DNA of 62,555 nt, filler included, from Choristocarpus tenellus KU-1152 (taxonomy: Eukaryota; Protista; Phaeophyceae): NCBI GenBank assembly GCA_964200185.2. It is 12 parts of 12 records of this genome, joined end to end, with 100 filler letters (N's around TTAATTAATTAA, not from the genome) between each part and the next. Parts side by side here need not be neighbours in the genome. Positions count along the whole stretch, not along the records: positions 1 to 10,205 come from CAXNAD020003080.1; positions 10,306 to 13,626 come from CAXNAD020020816.1; positions 13,727 to 20,223 come from CAXNAD020007997.1; 9 more parts are not named here. One strand, given 5' to 3'. This document shows, piece after piece, positions 1 to 14,103 of this stretch. The first letter of the stretch is position 1, and the number at the start of each line of letters is the position of its first letter. Below the pieces are notes generated by a model that ran no database searches, was not told the DNA's origin, and saw only the letters and a program-made list of their open reading frames with translations. Both the position numbers and the translations under genes were made by a program.

Positions 1-326
1 CCCCCAGATACTTTGGATCCACACTTCAAACGAGCATATACCAACAAGAATACACATACATCGAAAAGAGGAAGGGGAAACAACAACCTCACTCAACGCT
101 GAGATGTGTCTAACTAATTATCCACACAGTGGGGTGTCTACATCGAGGCCATCATTGGGATGAGGAGAACGGTATGACACTAATACAAGCTCCAACAAGA
201 GCACTAGAGAAACTCTTACTACACAGTCCACATGTATGCAATCACAGTGGTGAATGACTGTATTCATAGCCAACTTTAAATATGCCAACATGTGATAGTA
301 ATACTCTACATTGTTTTGTTGTGTAC

Positions 327-3300
327 CTTGAGCTTGGATAACATTCGATCAAGTAGGGCCAGTTTTCCTGAGGACTCTACCAGCGCATCTACCATATTGG
401 CCCCCTCATCCTCACAGTCCAGTAGTAGGTACGGGTGATTGCAGACCTTCCTGTGATTGGTCACATTCACATCTTTTATTTGTCAATGGCATACAAGCAG
501 TGCAAAGGCAAGTATGCATGTATATATAGAGAGAGAGATCACAGGACTTGGGCCGTGAGTGTAAGTTTGATTATGAGTATGAGTGTGAGTGTGTTAAAAC
601 AGAAAAAAACAGAGAGATGTGGACACCAAGAACTACAAAAAATTAGAAAAAATTAGAAACCTTGATTCACTTTTTTTTGCGTCTTCAGGATTTTCTTTTT
701 TTTCACATGAAACCGATAATTGGAAGCAGTAAGCAGCAACCGCACACCCTGCTTATAATACACATTATCTCGCATAACCCCACAACTCTCCAACACATCT
801 CACCGCAGCTGCAACAGCAGGTTCATCAGTTTCCTATAGTCAGTGTCATTCATCTTCTTCTCCACACACCCCTCCCCAACCCCCCCCACCCCTTCTGGGG
901 AACCTCGGCCCCCTCCCTTTCCCCCACCGCCTTCTCCTCCCCCTCCTCCTCCCCCTTCCCCATTTGCTCCGTTGGCCTCTGCCATGATGGCATCGAGGGT
1001 TGTGCTCTCCTGAGTAACAAGCAGATGCTTGTAAATGAGGTGCTGTGTCTCACTAAGTTTAACCAGTATCTGAATCTCCTCCTTGGGTGGTAATGGGATC
1101 TTCACCTAATGAGCAAGACCATCAACCCAACAACAGACAGAATGACAGAATGTCAGTGGGGGTAAAGTAGGGGAGGCTGAGGAAGGGAGGTAGGTACAAA
1201 GGAAGCGGCATGGGGTTTGATAGGCATCCCTCCAATCATACAGAAACTCCAATCCAAGGACATGCACACCTACTCTACTGTGTATTTGACCTGTAGCAGA
1301 AAATGTTCAAGCAAGGTTTTGGTAGAGACCTGGGAGGCTAATGCAAATAGCAGATAAAAAGATGATTGCAAAATAATTGCCAAACACAGCATCTTTGCAA
1401 AGGGACCCCAGATTTTCTGATGCAGGAGAGATAGTGTAACAACACACAAGAAAATGTTCAAAAGACTGGAATACTTTACATTATGGACTCTGGGGCTGAG
1501 GACACACCTGATCCTTGACCCTGCGAAGCATCAGCAGGGAGAGGAGCTCCCGCGCCTGACGCAGGCGTTCAGGGCTGCACACGCCCTTGGCCAGGTCAAA
1601 TCCTTGCTCAAACCTGACCATGTTACAGTGGAGATAGATAGTCATGGCGACATATGACACCCATATTGATGCAAAGCAGTGCTCATCATCTTATTGCAAT
1701 GGATATCACCCTTAGAGCTGGGGTGCAGAGTGTATTAATTTTCTAGATCCTACTAAGGCACCTTTTTTACTACCTTATTCAGCAGCACCCCCAATGAATC
1801 CTCACAGGCTCAAAAGTACTCCCAAACCTAAGGCCTCAACTATACATCAACCTACCTTGGCCATACACATGCAAGTTATCTGTAGCAAAAATAGTTAAAT
1901 TTATGGGCAGGAAGAGAGTGTGATGTAACTTAACCACAATTAACACTTACGAAAAAGTGCAACACAGTACGGACTGGATGTTCAAAGAGACAAGTGTGCT
2001 ACCTTGTGATGCTTTTGGAACACATAGAGCCTTCCTTTCCATACAAACCTCTCTGCCGTGGGTGCGCTGAACACATCAGGCATCAGAAAGTGAAGCAAGG
2101 CCCATAGCTCCCTCAGGTTGTTTTGGAGGGGAGTACCAGTTAGCAGCACTCGGCAGATGGCTGTCACCTGCCGATATTAGCAGTCCCACCACATACATTC
2201 CATCATATCACACAACAAAACCATCAGAGAATAGAGTAAAAGCAAGGAAAGCATCAAGGAAAATGCCACCGAAACCTTAAACCCAACCCAGAACCCATTT
2301 CTTCTGTGATGCACACAAACAGTACCTATAGGAGAGCAAATACACAACCAGTCACACCACCCACATCACCCACATCACACCACCTCATCAGTTTTGGATT
2401 CATTTTAGAGTCAAGACAATGATACACCCAGGCACATCTGCACTACTTCAGATACTTCAACAGATTAGACATCACACAACAGATGGATTCAAAAATACCT
2501 CTCATTGGACATTAAACCATACTCAATACATCCACTACTGGACAAGAAAGATAATAGAGAGGGAGTAGGGGGCGGGGAGGGCAGGCATGACATCCAATCA
2601 CATTTCTCCTCTCCCTACACCCAAGTAAAGTACACCTGCGCTTATCCATGCACAACCTAAAAAAGGTCCAGCTCTAATCAACTCCTCTCCCTCCCTCTCC
2701 CCCCCTCCCACACCAAGGCCTACACGTAAATCATGTCACTACCCCCACACGCCCTAATACAACCTCACTTGTACGCCAAGCACCCTGCAGGAATGTTTCA
2801 CCATCACTAATCTCCCCCCTGCCCTTCACAATCACCTGCTTGAGCTTCTGACTGAGCTGTGATTTGTCATTTTTGAGGCGGTGACCCTCATCCACAATCA
2901 CCGCCTGCCACAAGAAACGCCTCTTGAAGAAATTTGCCTCCGAAGAGAGCATCTCATATGTAGTTACAACAACGTCAAACTCTGCCAGATCCTTGATCTC
3001 CTCCTATAGAACAACACACAACACACAACACACATGAAATATTCACCAATCTCTAACGGACTCACAAGCCTACCATAAACAATAAAAAAAAGCAGTTACA
3101 GGTTGCAGTTTGTACCAACAGCTTCTAGGACTATGGGAGTGACGCCTAGATCTGTAAGAGCAATACAGTACCAAAGCAATGATGGAGGAGGAGTAGAGCC
3201 TTGACCATAAGTAAGGTCACAACAATGGATGAAGACCCATACAAAGTGTTCAAAATGGTCTCTAAGCTATTCCTCACATGTTCACATTCATGTTCATGTT

Positions 3301-6300
3301 CATACTCATAGTAAAGTACACATGTATATGTGTGTGTGTGTGTCTGTGTCTGTGTAGATACAATAGGTCTCACCAAGGATTGAGGTGGAGGTAATTTCTC
3401 AAACACACAACCACACCACCATTTTTTCGGTAGTGGAAAAAGATTGAAGAGGAAGATACTTTCTCTTTTGTCAAAAAAATAAAATAAAAAAATATATATA
3501 TATGCCAATTTCAAGGGAAGGCTTTAGTCTTTTGTCTTAGTCAGGTAGGGGTTTTTTTTCAAAACAGTGAACCTTTGACGAAAATCATCGTTCTCCTTGA
3601 AATTACAACAAAATAAAATTTAAAAAATCACAAATTCATTAACAAACCACAATAGAAAATGAAATAAACGCACAACTGAACATGCCATCATGCCATCATG
3701 CCATCAAATACACCACCGAACACCCACACCAACCCAGTGGTCGCACCCCTTTGATCCTGTTGCGCTCTTCCCTGGGGCCATGGAAACGGACTGACCGCAG
3801 GCTTGGGCAGAACTTCTCCATCTCAGAAATCCCTGAAGAGATAACATTTTAAAAAAACACAAGTCACGAGAAGAAGAGCCATCCATCCACACCAATACAA
3901 AACAATTCCAAGAGAGAGCATACACCACCGGAGCAGACATGTGTGTTGACTCAAGAGGACAAAGTGGGTGCTCAGGAAACTCTCCAACTAAGTAGGACAG
4001 CAGATGGGTAGGCATAACAAGGTGTGCAATAGCACCGTAGGGCAAGTCAAGGTTAGGGAAAGTCTATGTACAGCTGCGCCTTTGATCCTCATAAAAAATA
4101 AAACAAATCAATACAAGCAATAAAACACAAAAAAGACAGGTTTGAAATGTGGGGAGGGGACTGCCGCCAGGGCTAACACATGCATCAGAAAGCTGCAGAC
4201 GGGGAGGGGCCCGCTGGTAATTACCCTCCAGTACCAGAAGATATCAAACACAATCTCTCTTGACCTATCAACAGTGTCGTAGACCCCCCAGAAGTGTGAC
4301 ACAAGTGTGCTGAACAGACTACTAGAGGAAGAGACTAGGGAAACCAGCACTAGTGCAGCACACTACATCCAGGTTCTCTCAAGAATTGTCAATCCAGATA
4401 ACCCCAACCCAGCTGTAAATAAGGATAAATACTAAAAGAATACTACTGTAGTAGCACTCCCTAAGTAGTCCCTCTTTTGTGTCCCCTCCCCCCTTCCCCC
4501 CCGGCCCCCCTGCCCACTCTCACATCTCAGACTGCTACAAAGGACTCAGCTCTCTCTCCAGGGTACAAGTAATTGCATTGTGTACTGATAGTGCACATAC
4601 TAGGGGAAAAGCAAAAGTATTCTTATGAGTCTAAATCGGCAAGAGGGTATCCATTAGAAATCATGGATATGAACCATGCACAGCACAGGGATATACTAAC
4701 CTAGGTTAGTATCAGTAGTGCCATGACCACCAACCTGGGCAGGTTTTTGTACGAAATGATTTCATCCTTTAATATTTTGAAACATGTCAGTCAGGAAATG
4801 GAAAGAAAGAGATGTGAAAGTCCTACAACAATCACCCTAACCCTAACCCCTTCCCCCCCCCGCCCCCAAAAAAAACAACTTGTCGAACCTGCTGTGCTAG
4901 TACACCACAAAGAAGGCACCAGCCCGGGTTACATAATACCTCAATTCAATTAGTCTGACCCTGTCAAGGCAGCAGGTACTCTGAACACCTATTTCTATTC
5001 AAACCTTTCCTGGCATGGATAGGGAGTCCAGCCCATCAACACATCATCAAAACTGCCATCAAATCAACATACATCATGCATACATGATTCACACATCAAT
5101 AGCAACAACATTCCAGAACACCACCCACATAGAACCATGCCGATCCCTACAAAAGCTTTATGTCCATGCCACAATGTAAACACTAAGTGCATCAAACTGA
5201 TCAATTGATCAAAATCACAAGGCAACAGCGTCCCTGCTAGCCCACCCCCCCCTCCCCTCCCCTCCCAAGGGCACTTTCAGTGGTTTCTCACAGTTGCTCA
5301 GCACACTGAGGGGTACCACCACAAGGTACGGTCCCCGGACCTTGAGCTCATCTCTGAGGTAAGCAATGAAGGTTATGCTCTGTAGAGTCTTTCCCAAGCC
5401 CATTTGGTCACCCTGTAGGCAATTAATTCAAAACATGGATTAGGGTGTTGAATCATCATCAGCTAGAATATCTTGTCACAATATCTCATACACAAACACT
5501 CATGTGTCAAGAATCTGCGTACATACATACATACATACATACATACATACATACATACGTATATATACATACAAATATACATACATATACATATATATAC
5601 ATACAAACATACATACATATATATACATATACATACAAACATACATACATATACATATATATACAAACAGAACAGTGAGGAAGGGGGGAAGGGGGGGAAA
5701 GTAAACTCACCAGTATGATGGGCATGCCATTCTTATACATGTGGGCCATCCAGTTTAGCCCATCCCTCTGGTGATCATGAAGGGTGGCTTTGATAGCAGA
5801 AGGCACATTGACAGGCTTCACCTGGTAGAGATATTTTGTGGCCGTGTGGACATGAAAGGGGGGAAGCAAAGGAAGGTGGAGGACACAAGAGGCGAGCGCT
5901 CAAGAAATATCCAGTAACATAGTAGTCACAATAAGAGTCAATAGGGTTGGGACTAAAGGGGAAAAGATTCAGGCAATCATAGACTATACAATTGGGCACC
6001 TTGTTAGGTATCTCAGGTCAAATGTATTAAAATACTCTCACAAGGACACCTCTCCACTCCACATCCCCCAGGGTATATGTGCAAAACATCAATCAAACAC
6101 TCAGAAAATTATTGAACAGGTCAGAGACGTACAAGAGCCTCTCCCTTTCGAATCAAAACATATTTTACATACGCCTGCTGGGAAATAAAAGATGAAGACA
6201 GATTGAATTTCCTGCACCAAGGTTATGGTGAGCTCAAGTAGAATCCCAAGCTCTAAAGCTCTGACAGATCATTCTTCAGTACATACAGATCAACCTGCAG

Positions 6301-9300
6301 CACCTCCCATGTGATCAGTTCTCAATGACTTCCTTGGATATTTATTTTTTTACTTCAAAAATGAAAAGAAAAAAGTGACACGTGTGACTTGACAGACGGA
6401 ATCAGAACCCAGGCTCAAAACCGTTGTGCTTACATATACCAACAAAGTATGCAATAATAACATCAACAGTTGCTGACCAAATAAAAAAGAAATAGAAATG
6501 AAACAAAGAGTATTTGACTCCTTGTACATGGACAACTTATTTCATTCATTTAAAAATATAAAGAGCAGAAAAACTAAAAACTCATTTTTTCAAAGTCTGG
6601 AAAAATGTATGTTCCATGGGCCATGCCATAGTGTGCTTCTTCCCTGACCCTAACCCAAGTCCTGTCTGTACTTCAGAATATTGAGGGTGAATAAGCACAT
6701 CCCATTGGCTAAACCTGAAAAGTGTGCTATTAAACTTGTCTGATTGCTGCTTTTCACTCCTCCCCATCTTTCTGTGAGTACCACCATTTTAAATGTTGCT
6801 ATGGTCATGAGAAACGCCTTTCCATTCTTCCCAAAGAAATGGTCTTCTGTAGTGAGAATAATCATGTACTTACAAGTGTGACAAAAGTACTATAGTTGTA
6901 GAACAACAGTATACATGGTAAAACAGGCATACAAAACAAAGTTCATCCTCTCAAGGAACTCAGTGGTGAGTCCTAACCATATCAAGAAGTTCATGTGGCA
7001 GGCAGAGTGAGAAACAAACAGGTCCCATCGCTAGAAACACATATCATTACTGGCCGTCTGCTGCAGGGTGCAGTTCAGGATCCTACACAAGTGCTTGCAA
7101 ATCATCTCTCCACACATACATACACACAACACAACGTAACCCCCCCACCGCCTCCAAACATACAACTACAAAAAGAGCCCCAATTCCTTCTCTACTCCAG
7201 CTTGATCCAGCACAGTTAATTAATTATTGATCTGTACTACAGTGGGTGAGTGGCGCATTATCTCCACACAGGTGAGTCTATATCACTTATCCCAACTACT
7301 ATTCCAGCACTCACCCCTCGAAGGACATTACTAGGGTCAAAGCTAGTGAGTGCCTTCCTAGCCTCCCTCTCCATCTCTTCACGGGTCATCTCTCTTTTCA
7401 CCTCCGGCTTCTCCTCCTCCTTCACAGCTGCTGTCCCTTCCCCCTCCCCATTTCCTGCAGCCTTCTCAGCCCTATCCCTCTCCCCTGTCCCTGCCCCAGC
7501 CCCTGCTCCATCTACCTGTCCACCCTCTACACTCGACAACAAGTCCCCCTTACTTGTATCACTCCTGTTCTGTCCCCTGCAATCCTCCATGCCCATGTTT
7601 CCATTCATGATTTCAGTGGAAGAGACACGTTGGCCACCTCCTTCACTCCCAACATCTACACTATTACACTCACTCACTGACAAAGTTCGGTGGGAACCAG
7701 TGCCAGTAACAGCACTAGTACCAGCACCAGCATTATCCTCTCGCATTTGCCTGTGTGCTTGAAGTTCCTTCTCCCTCTGGGCATGAAAGAACCTCTCTTT
7801 CAAAGCAGTGAAGAGCATCTGGTTCACCGGCAGTCCAGAACCCTTCCTGATCAATGCCTGAATACAGGGACGTCGTCAGGGGGCAGAAAAATCAATGCAA
7901 GTTTAAGAATCCCATCTTAAGGAGGAGAAGTGCACCCCTCCTGTATGACAAAAGAATTGAAAAATGTAAGCCCCACAAAGCTGCACAGCACATCTTGTTG
8001 ACCTCATGAGGGAAGGGACTATGCAACAGCATAGTTGAATCTTGGGTGGAGCATCAGCCACATTGAGGGCAGGCAGGGGAAAGCTTGGGGGGAGGGTTGG
8101 GAACGAACAAGGGGGCGTGGAAGTGCTTCCAACAAGGGGATGAAATAAGTTTACCTAAATAAAAACTATAGATATATATAGCCACAAGAATTTTGGTTAC
8201 TTTTGTCCTCAATTATACAAATTTTGGAGGGATCTGGCAATACGCTCTCTGTCTAATTGGTGCCATCAAGTATGGTCTGGGCAGGAAAAGCATTTCCATT
8301 TTAAACCATCCTGTGTATTTCAAAATATTTCAGGACAATGATGATGTTACACACACCAAAGTATCAACAGAAGGCTCTAACTAAGCCTGACAAGATAACA
8401 GATCCAAATTTCAAAGCTGTTCTGCCACAAAGAGTCAACCGTTGAAGGCTCTTAATCTGGTCAACATCTAATTGCAATGATTCAGATTGAGTCTGTCAAA
8501 AAATAGGTGTGACTTTGTTCAATAGATCATTTTTTTTTTTAATCAAATTAACTGCAAAAAAAAGATAATGAGAGAAGTATGTTCGTGAGGGGCCATTGAA
8601 AGGTCATTTTCATAGCTTCTACTTCAAGAAACTGTATCACCATTTCCTCTTTGACACCAGTTTTGGAAAGATAAAACAAAACCTGAGATGCCACTGCTTG
8701 CGATATTCTTGAGAAAATTCTTGAGAAAATTCTTGGTTCTCAAGAAAAAGTAGTCCAAAGTTCATAATGTCTCAGAGCTGCCAATCTGTAACAACCCGTG
8801 GCCACCAAATCTGGAGCTCTGGAGCTCACAATGTGAGCTTCAGGGTCTGCCATCCATTTCAAACCACGGTTTACAATAAACTAACCTCCACATATCACTT
8901 CGAATATTCCTGGAGATAGGTGATACTATGCACATCAAAATCAGGAAATTGATGTAAGGCTCGGATCATTTCCAGTTGGTGTGATGCCAGATCGGCTGCA
9001 CACACCATCAATTCAGCTCAATATACCACCATATTGGAAGGGGTTTGGGACAATTCATATTCCAAAATGTCCACTTCTTTCAAAATCAAGCTTCAACGTT
9101 GGACTTTACAAACCTATTTTTGATATTGTCCATTGACACAGTACTTGCTTCATATTATAATTATTGAAAGTTGGCAAGTTGTCCATTGACACAGTACTTG
9201 CTCCATGCTCATACACCGTTATTTGAACAGGGTTGCCTGGACCACAGCGACCACAGCAATAATGAACCAATAACAAGGGAGATGCAAACATCACGTAGAG

Positions 9301-10205
9301 GTAATAACTGACACTTTTACCCACAACCCCAGGGGGTGCGCTAGCCCCATGTATTCCAGACAGTATGAACAAAGAGGAAAGGCAGCGTTCCAATGTCAAA
9401 TTTCCCATGGATATTGATGTGAGGTATCACTGGGATCACGGGATTCACACAACAGCTTAGATGGGGTAAGAGGTTGAGGTGGTATGTAGGAGCAGTGGTC
9501 CTGTTGTGGGACTGAGGAAATGAAAGATGTAAAAAAATGGAGGGCCTTGGATGTGTGTGAATAGGGAGGGGATGGATCAAGGCAAGGTAGTAAAACAGAA
9601 AAAGAAATAGTCAACCACACAACACTAGTCCCCAGGGAAGAGCTTGAGCAGTAGGAGAAGTTTCAAATAACAAATTGAGGAAGACATCAACGGTGAAGAT
9701 CCATTGCATTAAAACTCATCTCATCAGCATCACAAAAATCCTGAGACTTCACACAAAGCTCGAAACAAAGGGTAGAGGCCCTACCTTGATCATTGCAACA
9801 GTCACATACCCTGCCTCATTACAGTAAGCCACATAACCCATATATTCCCACCTGCGCATACAATACAACCAACCCAAAACTTGACTAGCTCCTAAGCAAC
9901 CAACATGTATTGACCAATACACATCAAATACATGTGACCGATTCACAAGCACCATCACACTCACACACTACCCCACCCCATCTCACCCCCTTCTCCACCT
10001 ACCTCACAGTAACCCACAACAGCTGAGGGTCCCCCTTGTGACACGTCCAGTGGAATTGGTGACTGGGCTATTCTATTCCATACCTCAGCTGCCTGCCTGG
10101 CTTCCTCTGCATTTAGCTGTGGCCTGGACTCACCCCCCCCCCCCCCCCCCGTCCCCCGGTCTGCAGCCCGCCAGGGTGTTTTCTCTTCACCTCCTCCCCC
10201 CTTAC
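327..10205 (-). CDS. Snf2-family chromatin-remodelling ATPase (ISWI/CHD/DDM1-like), partial, spliced
   Basis: Phase-consistent GT-AG exons: ~10205-10003, 7857-7315, 5821-5711, 5412-5292, 3832-3747, 3003-2836, 2167-2049, 1613-1508, 1105-804, 450-327. The spliced product gives [27 protein letters not shown] (motif I), [11 protein letters not shown] (Ia), [17 protein letters not shown] (II), [21 protein letters not shown] (III), [16 protein letters not shown] and [11 protein letters not shown]. The helicase-C lobe is truncated at the contig end. Confidence 0.93.
5520..5666. repeat. (TACA)n/(TA)n microsatellite inside a Snf2 intron
   Basis: Visible tandem acat/at units; explains the low-complexity YIH/VCM ORFs here. 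Confidence 0.95.
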
Positions 10206-10305
10206 NNNNNNNNNNNNNNNNNNNNNNNNNNNNNNNNNNNNNNNNNNNNTTAATTAATTAANNNNNNNNNNNNNNNNNNNNNNNNNNNNNNNNNNNNNNN
10301 NNNNN
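10206..10305. other. Artificial contig linker (N44-TTAATTAATTAA-N44)
   Basis: The same 100-nt spacer, with stops in all six frames, recurs at 13627-13726, 20224-20323, 23847-23946, 27578-27677, 31931-32030, 34924-35023, 44189-44288, 50687-50786, 55098-55197 and 58930-59029. Confidence 0.98.
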
Positions 10306-11708
10306 ATGTATGTATGAATGTATTGTATAATGAATATGTAGTGTACCATACATAATATAAGCATGCCAAAAACGTTACCGGCTCCCCCAGGCGGGCCCGT
10401 CTGTCCTTACATCTTTGGCTTGGTTGAGGTCGCTTCCAAATCGTAGCGGTGCCCTCCAAAAGCACCGAAATCTTTTTCAACAGTAATATATCCCATTCAA
10501 AAAGGGGCCCTTAGAAAGTGCCGCAACATTTACAAAAAAAACATATGGGCACTTTCCGTGCCACCATTTTGGATCAAACTCATCCTCACTGAAATGCTCC
10601 ATCCTCAATTTTGCCGAGAGGCTGTTCTATGTAGTATGTAGTGTATTGCTCAAACAAAAACTAAGTTTTAGCATATGGTTCCGGAAACTTCGGCTTATTC
10701 CAAGCACCAAGAACAATGACCAGTACAGTTCTTTCAACTTTCCTCTTGTGTCCTCCTTTCATCTTTCACTCCACAGTGTTTTCCCGAGCCACACACCATT
10801 TTCCAACACCCTTAAAAGGCGTAGCAACAATATAATATGAACTAATACATACATTTAATGAAACTGCTGTAAGTAGTATGTTACGACATGGTTACACACA
10901 GTTCAATTGATAAGTGCAAGAAACGATTGCACATCTCACCACCCACTCTGATTCCTCTGTGCTGGCTTCTTATTTAGTCAAATTGATACTCCAATTATTA
11001 CTATTGATAGTAATTGTACTTGTGACCCCCCCCCCTCCCCTCCCCCCCCATTCTGTCCACCAACAGTATAGTTGGTACCAGTTATGAGAAAAATTCTCAT
11101 CAATTTGTACTGGAGTGCTTTATTGAAGTAGGCCAACTTGCCCAGCAGGGAAGGTCTATTATATATAGTTCATTAACATTTGACAAAAAATTGTGAGTTT
11201 ATCGTCCTTGTACCCCATACACTGTGAGCACAATAACATCAGGCTGCTTCATGTCGTTTCAATCAAAACATCCACAAGGGCAGTCAGTTGCTCAGGTCTT
11301 TTGTCAACATCATCGGGCTTGACAGTCACTTCAGTTACCTCTACTACCTCCCACCCCTTCTCCAGCAGCAAGCAGAGACAAAGCATAAAAATACACACAC
11401 ACCCATCACACAGCAGTACAAAGTACATCGATCCTGTCAACCCTTCAATCCCCACAATCGACCCATCCCCATACCCTTAGTTACTGCCAAAGCCTCATCC
11501 CTTGGGGGTACATTTTACTTGCATCTCGTATGGTGTGGGGTTTCCCCTTCCCTTCAATGCACCATCCAACCTGACCCCTGTTTGTGTTACACCAGACAAT
11601 ATTACTATTATTTTTATTTCAAAGGTGTGATTGCGCCACACTCTGAGCACATGAACAACTCCCCGCCCCCCCCCCCCCCCAAGCCACGCCTCCCAGTCTC
11701 CGTCATCA

Positions 11709-11851
11709 TCAGTAGTAATTTTCTCGAATTACCCTGTGAGAGTTGGCTCGTATGGCAGACACCTCCTGGCCCAACTTATGCTGGAGGTATATCATCTTCA
11801 GGGCGTGGTAGCAATGCTTGTTAAGGAAGAGAGGTCGGCCTCGGCGGAGCC
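11709..11851 (-). CDS. UBR1: Terminal exon of a UBR1/UBR2/PRT6-type N-recognin E3 ubiquitin ligase
   Basis: After a tttTACAG acceptor the exon reads GLRRGRPLFLNKHCYHALKMIYLQHKLGQEVSAIRANSHRVIRENYY*. This matches the conserved UBR C-terminal motif GL(K/R)RG.PL.L...RY..L...W..H. Upstream exons were not identified in this contig. Confidence 0.8.
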
Positions 11852-12747
11852 CTGTAAAAGAGATTGTTGCCAAGCAAACACAAACAGAAGTTCCAGGCAA
11901 AACCCGGACACGAGGAGATCGGTCAAGAGAGGTTTGCTCAGAGCTCTCACGTTGTCTTCAGTATGTACCTTAATGCCAGAAATAAAAAAAATCAAGGGAA
12001 CAAGATACAGGTCTATAAATTGAGGGTTAGGGTTGGAACCCTGCAGGAGGAATGCACCCTTCCTTCCGGATCAACACATCAACAACAGTAGTCGTAGCAC
12101 AATACTCTGCCGGGACCAACTGACTCTTCAATATTGGGATTTCTTTTTTTTTGTCAAAAGTTGTTAAATACCCTACAGTCGTGTTCTTAATCGTATCACT
12201 GTAGGTGGTACGACTCATGGAACAATCAAGTAAGGGGGGATAATAGGGAAGGTTGGGCGCACCTGGGGAGTCAGTCGGTGGTTGGGGTTTGGGCAGGGGG
12301 GGGGCGGGGGGCGGGATTGTTGTTATTTTTTTTTTTACAGAGTGTGTACTAAGAAAACCTCACTGTTGTTGTGGTATCAAACCAGTGCACCTCTAGAACA
12401 CAACCAAATAGCATATAAAACTACCCCGAAGTACTATCAAATAGACTAACCCTAACCCTAACCCTGTTTATACATACTAGAAGAAGGAAATGCTAACACG
12501 CTGAAAGTTCCACTGCATTAAAAAAATAAAAAGCACTCGCAACTGCCAAAGGAATCAAAATCACTCATTATTTTTTTTTAAATTTCGATCCATGTTCATT
12601 CCCATCTCTACGCTTGCCAAAATGTTTACGTTGTATCCGTTCCCACCCACCCACCCATCCATCCATCCTCCAGTCAACCGCAACTTATCAAACTCAAGCA
12701 TCGAAATAAAAAACTACTCAACTATCACAACACGAAAACGTTGGAAA

Positions 12748-12783
<36 letters not shown>

Positions 12784-13826
12784 AAATTTGCTCTTGACAA
12801 CATTTCCACATGCCTGAGTTCTGCTCAATGATTCGCTTCAGTTTCAGAAGATCCATAGTTGGAGTAGGAAATAGTCATCAGCACCAAAAGGAAAGGTTGC
12901 TAACAGATTCCAATACCAATGACAAGTATACACACATCACAACCCTCTTCACTCGGGGAGGCGTTGTCATCAGTGAAATACATCTACATATGCCACATAT
13001 TAATTTTTTTCACCATTTTTGGCAACATGAGCACAACAAAACCCTAACCCTAAAATGGCAACAAATCAAAGGTACAAAAATAAAATAGAGGCAGAAGTTT
13101 CACTTTACCTGAAGACAAAAAACCATTAGGACTGTTAGCAAAGACAAATATGTACCTAATTAAATGCAATCAAACGGTCAATCACGCAGGGTGGATAAAG
13201 GCGCGAGTAAAATAAACCGACCAATCAAAACGTTTTGATTATACAATTCCATTAATAAACCCTCTTGATCCACAACACTGTCACAAAAAATACAAACGAC
13301 ATTCTTGGTCATCAATAAGAAACCGCCCTTATCCCCCCCCCCCACAAACTCGCTCATTTAATTCAATTGTATATATTAGCTCGCCGCACACTATAGATTT
13401 AGGTCCCCTCTCCTCTCTACGCACTGCCTGTTTTTTTCTTCTTCTGTTTCATAAAAAATTAAACGGTTGAATGCAGGTGTTCCCATATAGAGCCAGTGCA
13501 ACATGAAAAAAAGCACCGATTTGTTTCAAAAGAAAAAAGAGCAAGCACAACAGTACGTGCTGTGTGAGGGGTACCAACATCTATTATACACACAGGACTT
13601 CCCCCCCCCCCCCCCCTCCCCCCCCCNNNNNNNNNNNNNNNNNNNNNNNNNNNNNNNNNNNNNNNNNNNNTTAATTAATTAANNNNNNNNNNNNNNNNNN
13701 NNNNNNNNNNNNNNNNNNNNNNNNNNGCCGTTACATCGTACTATGTCACTTATCCTGTGTAGCTAGTACTATGTCAGAACTCCTCCATCAGTCCATATAT
13801 ATCAAGTAATAAGAAATCGATCACCT

Positions 13827-14103
13827 GAGATTCGAACTCATTTCTTTACACACACGAACACAAGTCAATGACGCTTGTTCCACTTAGCCAACATTCCTGT
13901 TGTCTAGTACTGTTCACTAAACACGTATGAACCATACAGACTATCAGCCTATATTGCACACAATCCATCGAGACTCGAATTTGTTATTCTAAGCACACGG
14001 AAACAAGTCCTTGACATTTATTTCACTTAGTCAATACTTCTGTTATATAGTACTGGTGACTAAGCACATAACATACTATAGACTACCTATCCTATATTGC
14101 ATA
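13827..14103 (-). repeat. Degenerate ~143-bp tandem duplication with tRNA-like A/B boxes (tRNA-derived SINE-like)
   Basis: Units start at ~13827 and ~13970. On the minus strand unit 1 reads TGGCTAAGTGG (A box) ... GAGTTCGAATCTC (B box/T arm). There is no good acceptor stem. Confidence 0.5.
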
